This document shows, piece after piece, positions 10,276-21,614 of a DNA stretch of 64,000 bases; within the stretch, counting starts at the first letter, position 1, and each line of letters starts with the position of its first letter. The DNA is from Candidatus Eiseniibacteriota bacterium (GTDB lineage Bacteria; Eisenbacteria; RBG-16-71-46; JABDJR01), in the NCBI GenBank assembly GCA_963783375.1, contig CAWANH010000028.1, positions 544,001 to 608,000 on the forward strand, in the 5' to 3' direction. The notes under the pieces are model-generated. The model was not told where the DNA came from, searched no databases, and worked only from the letters and a program-made list of their open reading frames with translations. Position numbers and translations under genes: made by a program.

Positions 10276-10290
10276 TGGCATTGTCATTGC
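10276..10290 (+). promoter_or_regulatory. sigma54 (-24/-12) promoter upstream of groES
   Basis: TGGCATTGTCATTGC closely matches TGGCAC-N5-TTGC. A second GG-N10-GC site (GGCAAGCGAATTGC) lies at 10159-10172. Confidence 0.55.
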
Positions 10291-10454
10291 CTTAGTGATC
10301 GGTTGGAGATGGCCGTGGCGTCGATCAGCGTGCCCAAGTGGCACAAACTCATCCGACGGCTCGGCCCTCAACAGGTCTGATTGTTCCTCCATCGGTCCAT
10401 TTGACTCGGACCGGTGAGATTCCATCGGTTACAACCCAACAAAGGAGTGAGACC

Positions 10455-10742
10455 ATGAAGGTCACGCCTCTTTCGGATCGTGTTCTCGTCCGCCGCCTCG
10501 AGGCTGCGGAGGAGAAGCGGGGCGGGATCATCATCCCCGACACCGCCAAGGAAAAGCCCCAACAGGGTGAAATCATCGCTGTCGGCCCCGGTCGCGTGAC
10601 CGAGGACGGAAAGCGCGTCGCCCCCGAGGTCAAGAAAGGCCAGCGGGTGCTGATCGGCAAGTACTCCGGCACCGAGGTCAAGATCGACGGCGACGAATTC
10701 GTGATCCTGCGCGAAGACGACATCCTGGGGATCGTCGCCTGA
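10455..10742 (+). CDS. groES: co-chaperonin GroES
   Basis: [14 protein letters not shown]...[17 protein letters not shown]...[20 protein letters not shown]. Confidence 0.99.
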   Translation: MKVTPLSDRVLVRRLEAAEEKRGGIIIPDTAKEKPQQGEIIAVGPGRVTEDGKRVAPEVKKGQRVLIGKYSGTEVKIDGDEFVILREDDILGIVA

Positions 10743-10778
10743 TCGACGCGGATCCAAAAGCTTGAAGTCGTTTTGTGA

Positions 10779-12536
<1,758 letters not shown>

Positions 12537-12562
12537 TCCCTCCGGTCCTTCGGTACCAACGG

Positions 12563-12595
12563 AAAGCCCCGGGAGCGATCCCGGGGCTTTTTGTT
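12563..12595 (+). terminator. rho-independent terminator after groEL (possibly bidirectional)
   Basis: AAAGCCCCGGGA-GCGA-TCCCGGGGCTTT hairpin followed by TTGTT. Confidence 0.9.
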
Positions 12596-12681
12596 GGGGC
12601 CCGGAGCGGCTCCGGCGGCGACGGTTGCGCGCGGGGACATCGACCGGCGCGGTCCGACCCGCCCCCGGCGCCCGACCCGGG

Positions 12682-12843
12682 TCAGGGGAGATAGGCGCGG
12701 GATATACGTATCCCGAGGTACATGCCCACCCCGGATAGGATCGTGCTCACGAAAAAGGCGGTCATGATGCCGACGAACGCTCCGAGCCACCACCCCACCG
12801 CGCCGCCCACCGTGGCTCCCAGAAGAACGACGATGCGTTGCAT
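12682..12843 (-). CDS. small hypothetical membrane protein (53 aa)
   Basis: MQRIVVLLGATVGGAVGWWLG..., two hydrophobic segments, GGAGG RBS. Confidence 0.75.
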   Translation of the reverse strand: MQRIVVLLGATVGGAVGWWLGAFVGIMTAFFVSTILSGVGMYLGIRISRAYLP

Positions 12844-12938
12844 GGGGGTCCTCCGATCAAGACGTATCCCGGGGTGATCGGCACCCGGGGCGGGCCGGCT
12901 TAGCCGGACCGGCGGGACTTCGGAGTCCTCCCTGGAGA

Positions 12939-13424
12939 CTACACCCCCAGCCGCCGCCGGATCTCCGCCACCAGCTCGCCGGGGTCGCCGGCGGCGTCCA
13001 CGGTCAGGGCGTGTTCCGGCTCCTCCAGCGTTTCGAACTGGCTCCGGAGGAGGTCCGCCTTGAAGAAGTGCCCGCGGCGCGTTTGGAGCCGCCGGTGGAA
13101 GAGCTCGTAGGACCCCTTCAGGTACACGAAGTGAAGGTCGGGGTGGTCCCGTCGCAGGAATTCGCGGTAGGCGCGCCTGAGGGCGGAGCAGGCGATGACC
13201 GCGGAGACGCGTTCCTCCTCCAGGCCGTCGATGAGCCCCCGGATCGCCTCCAGCCACGGCGCGCGGTCCCGGTCGTCGAGGGGCTCCCCCCGAGCCATCT
13301 TCTCCTTGTTCGACTCGGGGTGGAAGTCATCCCCCTCGTGGAAGGGCCAGTCCAGGGCATGGGCGAGCCGCTTACCCACCGTGGTCTTCCCCGAACCCGA
13401 GACCCCGATCACGGTGACGATCAC
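12939..13424 (-). CDS. gntK: gluconokinase
   Basis: GVSGSGKTTVG, EGDDFH, PLDDRDRAPW, ACSALRRAYR, SQFETLE. GTG start overlaps the upstream stop (GTGA). Confidence 0.92.
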   Translation of the reverse strand: MIVTVIGVSGSGKTTVGKRLAHALDWPFHEGDDFHPESNKEKMARGEPLDDRDRAPWLEAIRGLIDGLEEERVSAVIACSALRRAYREFLRRDHPDLHFVYLKGSYELFHRRLQTRRGHFFKADLLRSQFETLEEPEHALTVDAAGDPGELVAEIRRRLGV

Positions 13425-14203
13425 GCGGTGTCCTCGGAGCTCCAGGAGAGGGGATCCTGGCGGTAGAACCGTTGAAGCTCCCCGTAGAGCGCGGGATGCC
13501 GGCGCTTCAGGGCCCCCGGCATCTGGAAGAAGGTCTCGGTGGCCACGGCGAAGAACTCGGCCGGGTTGGTGGCTCCGTAGGGATTCAGCAGGGTGGGAGC
13601 GCCCGTCTCGGCATCGCGGCGGAGGGCCGCGTATTCGTCCCCCAGGACCCGGGCCCAGGCCACGTACATGCTCCGGCGGGGAAGAACGGGCGCGCCGTCC
13701 GAGGCTCCGTCCTCCTGGTCGAGCTGGTGGGCGAACTCGTGGAGGGTCACGTTCCTCCCGTCCTGGACGTCGGCGGCTCCCGACTGCGCGTGATCCCAGG
13801 AGAGCACGACCACCCCGGTCTGCCAGGCCTCGCCCAGCCGCCCCATCTCCCCCTCGGCCACCACCCCGTATCCCACGCGTTCGCTGACCCGGGCCACGTA
13901 GGCGCTGGGGTAGACCAGGATGGTGACCAGCCGGGGATAGACGTCGGTGTCGCGATGAAGAAGCAGGAGACAGGCCTGGGCGGCGATCACGACCCGGATG
14001 TCGTCGGTCACTTCCAGCCCGCCGCAACCCTCGAAGCGCTTCTCGGCGAGGAAGACCTGGATCAGCCGCTCGAGTTCCTCGCGGTCGGCTTCGGAGAGCC
14101 GGCGGTAGAGGGCGAAGTTCCGCTCCAGGACGGCGCGGAAGGCCTCGGGAAACGTGTGGTTCCGAAGGCGCTTCCGCCGGAGCCATTTGAGCGGATCGAG
14201 CAT
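13421..14203 (-). CDS. M90 (MtfA-like) zinc-dependent peptidase
   Basis: EKRFEGC.G, IAAQAC, HEFAHQLD, YGATNPAEFFAVATE. Confidence 0.92.
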   Translation of the reverse strand: MLDPLKWLRRKRLRNHTFPEAFRAVLERNFALYRRLSEADREELERLIQVFLAEKRFEGCGGLEVTDDIRVVIAAQACLLLLHRDTDVYPRLVTILVYPSAYVARVSERVGYGVVAEGEMGRLGEAWQTGVVVLSWDHAQSGAADVQDGRNVTLHEFAHQLDQEDGASDGAPVLPRRSMYVAWARVLGDEYAALRRDAETGAPTLLNPYGATNPAEFFAVATETFFQMPGALKRRHPALYGELQRFYRQDPLSWSSEDTA

Positions 14204-14376
14204 GGATTCCTTCTCCGGACCGGGTCTGGGGGGCCGGCGACCAGTATGACAGACCGGCCCCGGCCGGACGCCCGAACCCGATGAGCGGCCCGGCCTTTTC
14301 CGCGGGCCTCGGTTGGAGTAGCATGGCCGACCGCGATCGAAAACAGCAAGGATTCCCCGATGCACCAGGAGACGAA

Positions 14377-16134
14377 ATGTCCGATCACGATCCATCCCTC
14401 GATTACACCCTCCGGTTCAGCGAACCCTGGGCCCATTACGTGGACGTGGAGCTTCGCTTCGCCGCGCCGGCCGGCCGGCCCGCGGTAACCCTCTGGATGC
14501 CGGTCTGGACGCCGGGTTCGTACCTCGTTCGTGAGTTCTCCCGGAACGTGGAGTCGTTCCGCGCCGAGGCCTCGGAGGGGCGGACCCTGCGGTGGCGGAA
14601 GACGCGGAAGAACCGGTGGGAGATCGCGGCGGACGGCACCCCGGAGATCCGCGTCACCTACCGCGTCTACGGCCGGGAGCTGACGGTGCGCACCAACTGG
14701 ATCGACGACGGCTTCGCGCTCCTGAACGGCGCCGCGACCGTCCTCGCCGTCGAGGGGCGGGAAGGCGAGCCCCACCGGATCCGGGTGGAGCTTCCCCGGG
14801 GATGGGCCGGGGTGTGGACGTCGCTGGACTCCGAAGACGGTCCCGACGGCCGGACCTACGTGGCCCGGGACCTGGACGAGGTGGTGGATTCACCGATCCT
14901 CGCCGGCTCTCCCGCGGTCCACGACTTCGAGGTGGACGGAAAGCCGGTGAGCCTGGTGAACGTGGGCGAAGGCGGGCTCTGGGACGGCGCCAAGGCCGCC
15001 GGGGACGTGAAGACCCTGGTCGAGGGCTACCGCGCGATGTACGGCTCCCTCCCCTTTCCCCGCTACCTCTTCCTGAACCTGATCACCGAGTCCCGCGGCG
15101 GCCTGGAGCACAAGGGGTCGAGCGTGCTCATGACCTCGCGCTACGCGTTTCGCCGCCGCAAGAGCTACGTGGACTGGCTGGGGCTGGTGAGCCACGAATT
15201 CTTCCACGTATGGAACGTGAAACGCAGCCGGCCGGAGGCGCTCGGTCCCTTCGACTACGAGAACGAGGTCTACACCCGAAGCCTCTGGGTGGCGGAGGGG
15301 CTCACCAACTACTACACCGATCTCCTCCCCCGCCGGACCGGACTCATCACGCCCGACGAGTACCTGGAGAAGCTCTCCAAGCACATCGACACCGTCCAGA
15401 CCACCCCGGGGCGCCTCTTCGCCTCGCTGGAGGAGTCGAGCTTCGACGCCTGGATCAAGCTCTACCGCCCCGACGAGAACAGCGCCAACACCACCATCAG
15501 CTACTACGTGAAGGGCGCGGTGGTGGGCTGGCTCCTGGACGCGGCCATCCGCCGGGCGAGCGGCGGGAAGCGGACCCTGGACGACATGATGCGCCACCTC
15601 TACGAACGCTTCGCCGGGGAACGCGGCTACTCCGATCGGGCGGTCCAGGCCGCGGCGGAGGAGATCGCCGGCGCGCCCCTGGGGAGCTTCTTCGATCGTC
15701 ACATCCGAGGCACCGAGGAGGTGGACTACGCCCCCGCCCTGGCGCTCTTCGGGCTTCGCTTCCGCGACCCGGCGGCGGGCCGGGGGGAGGACGCGCCGTC
15801 GATCCAGGTGGGGTTCGAGACCCGGGAAGACCAGGGACGGCTGCTGGTGAAGTCGGTGCGCCGGGACGGCCCCGCGCACGAGGGAGGGCTCGACGCGGGG
15901 GACGAGATCCTGGCCGTGGGGGGCTACCGGATCACCCCCGACACCTTCGCCGAGCGGCTCCTCCAGTACGCCCCCGGGGATCGGCTCGAGTTCCTGGTGG
16001 CGCGGCGGGATGCGATCCGGATCGTTCCGCTGACCGCGGCCGGGCACCCGGGCTCCCCCTGGCGTCTGGAACCGGATCCCGAGGCCTCGGAGGAGGCGGT
16101 CGCCGCGCGCGAGGCGTGGCTGGGGGGCCGATAG
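14377..16134 (+). CDS. M61 glycyl aminopeptidase with PDZ domain
   Basis: MPVWTPGSY, GGLEH, HEFFHVWN, LWVAEG, SYYVKG, C-terminal PDZ (GPA..GGL..GDEILAV). Confidence 0.93.
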   Translation: MSDHDPSLDYTLRFSEPWAHYVDVELRFAAPAGRPAVTLWMPVWTPGSYLVREFSRNVESFRAEASEGRTLRWRKTRKNRWEIAADGTPEIRVTYRVYGRELTVRTNWIDDGFALLNGAATVLAVEGREGEPHRIRVELPRGWAGVWTSLDSEDGPDGRTYVARDLDEVVDSPILAGSPAVHDFEVDGKPVSLVNVGEGGLWDGAKAAGDVKTLVEGYRAMYGSLPFPRYLFLNLITESRGGLEHKGSSVLMTSRYAFRRRKSYVDWLGLVSHEFFHVWNVKRSRPEALGPFDYENEVYTRSLWVAEGLTNYYTDLLPRRTGLITPDEYLEKLSKHIDTVQTTPGRLFASLEESSFDAWIKLYRPDENSANTTISYYVKGAVVGWLLDAAIRRASGGKRTLDDMMRHLYERFAGERGYSDRAVQAAAEEIAGAPLGSFFDRHIRGTEEVDYAPALALFGLRFRDPAAGRGEDAPSIQVGFETREDQGRLLVKSVRRDGPAHEGGLDAGDEILAVGGYRITPDTFAERLLQYAPGDRLEFLVARRDAIRIVPLTAAGHPGSPWRLEPDPEASEEAVAAREAWLGGR

Positions 16135-16206
16135 CCGGCGCCGGCGCGCCCCCCGACGATCCTCCCGTTCTACCGGGGACCGGGCGTCAGCCGAGGATCG
16201 TGGAAC

Positions 16207-19200
16207 CTACCAACCGGGCGCGATCTGGAATCCGAAGTGGGCGCCCTTTTCCGGCCTCTGGAAGGGGTAGGCGTAGTAGATCTCCATGACCAGGGCGCCC
16301 AGCACGTTGATGCGCGCCGAAAGCCCGGTGCTGAACACCGGCACCCGGTCGGCCGACTGTTCCCTGAGCTTGAACACCGGGTGCTCCTCACGGGTCCAGG
16401 CCACGCCCCCGTCCAGGAAGGCGGCCAGCTCGGTGGGCACGTAGGGGAAGTTGATCAGCCCGAACTGGCTGGTCCCCAGGACCGGCACCCGGACCTCGAG
16501 GTTGGCCACTCCGATCCGACTCCCGATCAGCCGGTTGAAGGCCGGACAGTTGGGATCGTTCCCGCACTCGGTGAGATCGAAGGAGCCGGTGCTGTAACCG
16601 CGGACCAGGCTCGAATAACCGAGGAAGAGCGGGTTCAGCCGGTCGGTTTCCGCGTCCCGGCCGTAGCGCCCCACGTGGATCGCCCGGGCGGCGACGGTGA
16701 CGGGGTTCAGGAAGAGATAGCGGCGGTAGTCCACCAACAGGGTCTGGAAGTTCAGGGTGCCCACGGTGGGGTCCACCTCCAGGCGGTAGCGTCCTCCCTT
16801 GATGGGGGAGGTGAACCCGAAGTAGGAGTTGTCGCCGACCAGGGCCACCGAGGCTTCGGCGAGGCTAAGCCCCGCGGGCGCGGACCCGCTCACCGTCCGG
16901 TGATCGATGACCGCCCCGCCCGCCGAGACCTCGCTCTCCACCTCGCGATCGAAGCCGAGATGGGTATAGCCCAAGGTGGCCTCCACCCGACGGGTCGAGG
17001 AGAACGGGTAGATTCCCAGGAGCGCCCCGCTGTCCACGAAGGTGCGGTCCCGGACCTGGCTGACCTTGTAGCCCTGGTAGCTGTTCCCCTGGATGTCCAC
17101 CGTGGTGTCCTGCAGGGTGGTGTAGTAGCTCAGGTAGGGAATGTGACCGGCCATCACCCCCCAGTTCCATCGGTGGGTCCGGTTCTGATAGACGAGCTGT
17201 CCCCCGATGTCCTTTACCCCCCCGTTGGCGGCCAGGGCCCCGGCCAGGACGTGGTTACCCAGCATGTCGCTGAAGTAGCCGCTCACCCCGCCGCCCAGGC
17301 CCGCGCCGTAGCGGTCCACCGCCACGCCGACCCCGGTGGCCCCGATGAAGTCGAGCTGGAGCTTGGGGTGATAGGGATGGATCTTGAAGTCCGCCCCGCT
17401 CGGAAGGCCGGTGTAGGGATCGGCCAGGTAGGCGGTGATCACGCTTCGCGCCCGCGGCCTTTCCGGAGGAAGGTTCCAGGGAGCATCGATCAGCGAGTCC
17501 GGGAGCGGGGGCTGAAACGCGGCCATCAAGGTGTCCACCGCCGCGCTCTCCGCCGCCGCCCGCACCGAGTCCGCCTTCGCCGAGGCCTCGTCGCGGCGAT
17601 GCGATCCGTCCCGGTCCCCCTTCTCGCCGTGGGCGCGGTGCGCGGTCCGGGTCTCCCCCGCCTCCACGGGCGGGCCGGCGGGATCCCCGGTCGCCGGGGG
17701 CGCGGCGGGAAGCGCGCCCGGCTGGGCGGCGATCGCCGCGGTGTCCGCACCGGCCGCCGAGGCCACGATCGACGGCGGCGGCACCGGCGCCTTCCCCAGG
17801 GGAACGCCCTGGGCCGCCTCCCCCTCCAGGGAGTAGACGTTGTAGTTCCCCTTGATGAACACCGAGAACATCACCCGCCCGGACTCACGGGCCACCGACA
17901 TGGCCGGCGAGAGGCCGGTGATCCCGCTCACCCCGGTCACCACGTTGGTGACCTGGTACACCTCCCGGGTGGCCAGGTCGATCCGGTAGACGTCGCTGAA
18001 CCCGCCCCGGTCGGAGATGAAATAGAGGCTCTTCCCGTCGGGGGCGAACTCGGGGTTCATGTGCTTGAAGTTGCCGAAGGGGGCCAGGGTGCGGATGTCC
18101 CCGGTGGCCACGTCGATGAGGCCCAGGCGCATGGGACCGGCGGTGAGCTCCTCGAAATCGGTCCGGGGTCCCCGGTCGGTCACCCAGGCGATGGTCTTCC
18201 CGTCGGGAGACCAGGCGGGGCTCAGGTCGGCGTTCCGGTCGTCGGTGAGCCGGCGGGTCTTCTCGGTGGCCACGTCCATCAGGTAGAGATCGCTGATCCC
18301 CCCCGAGGACCCGGCGAAGGCGATGGTCTTCCCGTCCGGGGACCACGACGGGTTCGAGATGTCCCCCACCTCGGGAACGCGGATTCGCTTCACGAAGTCC
18401 CCGGTCTCCGCATTCACGATGGCCAGGTCGTTGTTGCCCTTGGCAAAGACCGCGAACACGAACTGCTTCCCGTCCGGGGACCAGGAGCCGGCGGAGTCGA
18501 TGAAGCGCATGGAGTCGAAATGGGGGTTCGAGCTCGAGCTCACCAGGCGCCGGATGATCTTTCCCGTCTCGGCGTCGGCCAGGAAGAGGTCGATGGAGAA
18601 GAGGTCCTTCTCGGAGAGGAAGGCCACCCGGCGGCCGTCCGGGCTCACCGAGGGGGCCAGGTTCATCTTGCCCGAGTCCATGTCGGGGGCGAGCACCTTG
18701 CGTCCGCTGGAATCGGGAGCGCTCCGTCCGGCCATTGCCGGCTCATAGGACGCCTTGACCGCCTGCTTCCACACCTTGGACAGGGAGTCGCTCCGCATGC
18801 CGATGTACTTGGCCAGGGCGTACTCCATCCCCCGCCGCCCGCTGGCGTTGTAGATCTTGGGCACCGTCCGGTCGCCCCAGGTTCCCCCCACGAACGCCCA
18901 GAGGGCCTCGCCGTAGCGGTAGGGAAAGTACTTGGGATCGGTGGTGAGCTGCTTGATGGTGGGGAAGTCGTCGAAATAGAGGGCGTCCCGCATCCACATG
19001 GCGGTGTTGGAGTCGTCCCGCCCCAGAGAGATGTACTCGGCCATCCCCTCGATGAGCCAGAGGGGGAGGGCGTCGATCCGGAAGCCCGTGGTGTCGTCCG
19101 CCGCGTTGGCGATGTCGTACTGGAACACGTGCACCAGCTCGTGGCCCAGGACGTGGTCGTTGGCCGCGTAGTCGCCGGTCAGCGGCAGGACCACCCGGTT

Positions 19201-19566
19201 CTTGAGCGACTCGGTCACCCCGCCCGTCCCCTCGCTCACGAAGCCGGACAGGACGTTGGTCTGCTCGAAGTCGGCGTGGTTGGCGTAGAGGACGATGGGC
19301 TTCTTGACCTCGAAGGTGTGCGCGAAGAGCCGGCGGTAGCGGCTGTACCACCGCTCGGCCATCCGCCCCATGTCCTTGGCCGCCTCTTCCTCGCTGGGAT
19401 AGAAGTAGATGTTGAAGTGATCGGTGGAGAGAACCTTGAACTGGAAGGTCTCGTACTGGACCTTGTTGCGACCGAAATACTGGGCCGAAGCCCCCGGCGA
19501 CCATGCCGCCGTCGCGGCGATCACGAGGAGCGCCAGACCGATCGCCCGATTCCTGGAGGAGCCCAT
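16207..19566 (-). CDS. secreted peptidase-MA-like + PD40/TolB-like propeller + Omp85-type beta-barrel outer-membrane protein
   Basis: Signal peptide, FGRNKVQY, HELVH..WLIEGMAEY, several (W)SPDG PD40 repeats, VRGY loop motif, C-terminal FGFQIAPGW. Confidence 0.85.
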   Translation of the reverse strand: MGSSRNRAIGLALLVIAATAAWSPGASAQYFGRNKVQYETFQFKVLSTDHFNIYFYPSEEEAAKDMGRMAERWYSRYRRLFAHTFEVKKPIVLYANHADFEQTNVLSGFVSEGTGGVTESLKNRVVLPLTGDYAANDHVLGHELVHVFQYDIANAADDTTGFRIDALPLWLIEGMAEYISLGRDDSNTAMWMRDALYFDDFPTIKQLTTDPKYFPYRYGEALWAFVGGTWGDRTVPKIYNASGRRGMEYALAKYIGMRSDSLSKVWKQAVKASYEPAMAGRSAPDSSGRKVLAPDMDSGKMNLAPSVSPDGRRVAFLSEKDLFSIDLFLADAETGKIIRRLVSSSSNPHFDSMRFIDSAGSWSPDGKQFVFAVFAKGNNDLAIVNAETGDFVKRIRVPEVGDISNPSWSPDGKTIAFAGSSGGISDLYLMDVATEKTRRLTDDRNADLSPAWSPDGKTIAWVTDRGPRTDFEELTAGPMRLGLIDVATGDIRTLAPFGNFKHMNPEFAPDGKSLYFISDRGGFSDVYRIDLATREVYQVTNVVTGVSGITGLSPAMSVARESGRVMFSVFIKGNYNVYSLEGEAAQGVPLGKAPVPPPSIVASAAGADTAAIAAQPGALPAAPPATGDPAGPPVEAGETRTAHRAHGEKGDRDGSHRRDEASAKADSVRAAAESAAVDTLMAAFQPPLPDSLIDAPWNLPPERPRARSVITAYLADPYTGLPSGADFKIHPYHPKLQLDFIGATGVGVAVDRYGAGLGGGVSGYFSDMLGNHVLAGALAANGGVKDIGGQLVYQNRTHRWNWGVMAGHIPYLSYYTTLQDTTVDIQGNSYQGYKVSQVRDRTFVDSGALLGIYPFSSTRRVEATLGYTHLGFDREVESEVSAGGAVIDHRTVSGSAPAGLSLAEASVALVGDNSYFGFTSPIKGGRYRLEVDPTVGTLNFQTLLVDYRRYLFLNPVTVAARAIHVGRYGRDAETDRLNPLFLGYSSLVRGYSTGSFDLTECGNDPNCPAFNRLIGSRIGVANLEVRVPVLGTSQFGLINFPYVPTELAAFLDGGVAWTREEHPVFKLREQSADRVPVFSTGLSARINVLGALVMEIYYAYPFQRPEKGAHFGFQIAPGW

Positions 19567-19667
19567 GGCGTCTCCCTGTACTCTGGTAAGCCCGTGTGCG
19601 AGGGGTCGGCGGGGCCGCGGGCCGGACGCCGACGATACCAAGTGTAAGCCTTTTTTCCGGTCCTCGG

Positions 19668-20804
19668 TCAGCTCGCGTCCAATTCGACCTTCATGGACAG
19701 GAAGCTCATGAGGTCCTTGAGCGAGAGAATCCCCACCAGACGCTCTCCCTCCACCACCATGAGCCGGCTCGCGTGGTACCGGCGCATCCGGGTCAACGCC
19801 TCCATGGCGTCGGTGTCCGGGGAGAGCGTGTTCTCCTCCGAGCACCCCGAGGCGAGGTCCCGGACCCGGGTCCAGTCCCACTTCTCCCGGGGAACCTCCT
19901 TGACCTGGGCCAGGGTCACACACCCCAGGAGCCGGCCGTCGTCCACCACCGGATAGAGCTTGTGATGGGTACGGAAAACGTACTGCTCCACCAGGTCCCG
20001 GACGTAGACGTCCGGATCCACGGTGACCGGATCCGAGGTCATGAACCGGCGGACCGGCTCCCCCTCCAGCTCCCGGCGCAGGAGGAGCTGGCGGTAGGAC
20101 TGGCCGGCCGCTCCCCGCAGGAACATGCCGATCAGGAACCACCAGACCCCGGAGACGACGTTCCCGGTGATGAAGGAAACCACCCCCAGAACGATCAGGA
20201 GGGCTCCGAAACCCGATCCGATTGAGGATGTTACCCGCGTGGCCCGCTTGATGTTCCCGTGGCGGCCCCAGAGGATGGCCCGGAGCACCCGGCCCCCGTC
20301 CAGGGGGAAAGCGGGGATGAGGTTGAACACGGCCAGGACGAGGTTGATCTCGCCGAGATAGAGAAGCACGCCCTTGGCCGGGGAGGCGGCCTTCAGGAAG
20401 GGTCCGGGCATGAGCCAGGCCCCGGCCAGAACCGCCAACCCCAGGAGGATGCTGGATATCGGACCCGCGGCGGCCATGAAGAACTCGGCCTTGGGGCTCG
20501 GGGGCTCATCGGTCATCTCCGCCACCCCGCCGAAGATGAAGAGGGTGATCCCGCTCATCTCCATCCCGAAGCGCCGGGCCACCAGGGAGTGGCAAAGCTC
20601 GTGGAAGATGATGGAGAGAAACAGCCCCAGCGCGCCCAGGGACCCCATGGCCCAGTAGACGAGGGGGGTCTGACCCTTCACCTGGGCGGGGAAGATCCCC
20701 TGGGCCAGGGACCAGGTGACCAGGACCGCGATGAAGATCCAGGTCACATCGATCCGGACCGCGAACCCGAACAGACGGAACAGGGTGATGGATCGCCCGA
20801 ACAT
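19668..20804 (-). CDS. site-2 protease (M50) with CBS domains
   Basis: HELCH, NLIPAFPLDGGR, TM helices, two CBS domains. Confidence 0.93.
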   Translation of the reverse strand: MFGRSITLFRLFGFAVRIDVTWIFIAVLVTWSLAQGIFPAQVKGQTPLVYWAMGSLGALGLFLSIIFHELCHSLVARRFGMEMSGITLFIFGGVAEMTDEPPSPKAEFFMAAAGPISSILLGLAVLAGAWLMPGPFLKAASPAKGVLLYLGEINLVLAVFNLIPAFPLDGGRVLRAILWGRHGNIKRATRVTSSIGSGFGALLIVLGVVSFITGNVVSGVWWFLIGMFLRGAAGQSYRQLLLRRELEGEPVRRFMTSDPVTVDPDVYVRDLVEQYVFRTHHKLYPVVDDGRLLGCVTLAQVKEVPREKWDWTRVRDLASGCSEENTLSPDTDAMEALTRMRRYHASRLMVVEGERLVGILSLKDLMSFLSMKVELDAS

Positions 20805-20815
20805 GGTCCGGTTCC

Positions 20816-21514
20816 TCAGAAGGGGTTGGTGGCCCAGACCGAGAATTCCGGGATGAATCCCCGGTCGTCGATGGTGAGCGCCCCCACCACCGCGTCCGCG
20901 ATCTCGCGCGCGGTGAGCTTCCTGGGATTCAACTCCGTGGGCTCCTCGGGCCGGCCGAAGTTGGTCTGCACCTCGCTCGGGCTCACCAGCATGACCCTCA
21001 CGTTGTGGGGGCGAAGCTCGGCCCGCCAGCATTCGGTGAGACCGCGCAGGGCGAACTTGGAGGCGACATAGGCGCTTCCCCCCGGGTACCCCTTGTAGCC
21101 CGCGGTGGAAGAGACGTTGACGATGTTTCCGGACTTCTGGCCGATGAAGTGGGGCGCCGCCGCGCGGGTCATCAGCATGGCTCCGGTCACGTTCACCTCG
21201 AGCACCTGCCGGAAGTGCTCGGGATCCATCTCGGTCAGCGGGGCGTAGACCGCGCCGGCGGCGTTGTTGACCAGGAGGTCCAATCCACCGAACTCCTCCA
21301 CCGTGCGCCCGACCGCCCGGGTTGCGTCCTCGTCCCGGGAAACGTCGCCGGGGATGGCCAGGGCCCCGAGTTCCTTGGCCGCGGCCTGGAGCCGGTCGGC
21401 GTGGCGGGCGGTGACCGCCACCTTCGCCCCGCGCTCGATGAGGGAGGCGGCCAGGGCCCGGCCGATTCCCTTGCTCCCGCCGGTGATGAGGACGCGGGCG
21501 TTCTTCAACTCCAT
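20816..21514 (-). CDS. SDR family oxidoreductase
   Basis: TGGSKGIG, NNA, YVASK motifs. AAGGAGG RBS. Confidence 0.93.
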   Translation of the reverse strand: MELKNARVLITGGSKGIGRALAASLIERGAKVAVTARHADRLQAAAKELGALAIPGDVSRDEDATRAVGRTVEEFGGLDLLVNNAAGAVYAPLTEMDPEHFRQVLEVNVTGAMLMTRAAAPHFIGQKSGNIVNVSSTAGYKGYPGGSAYVASKFALRGLTECWRAELRPHNVRVMLVSPSEVQTNFGRPEEPTELNPRKLTAREIADAVVGALTIDDRGFIPEFSVWATNPF

Positions 21515-21614
21515 GATGACCTCCTTGGCAAAGGGCTCGAGCCCGAATTCACGGTCGAACCGGGCCCCTTCCAGCTTATACGATCTCTCTGGATCGCGTG
21601 CTAGGATCGCCCCC

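Noticed and set aside
10268-10294. CIRCE element before groES
   Set aside because: Only a TTAGCAC half-site is present, and the right arm does not match GAGTGCTAA.
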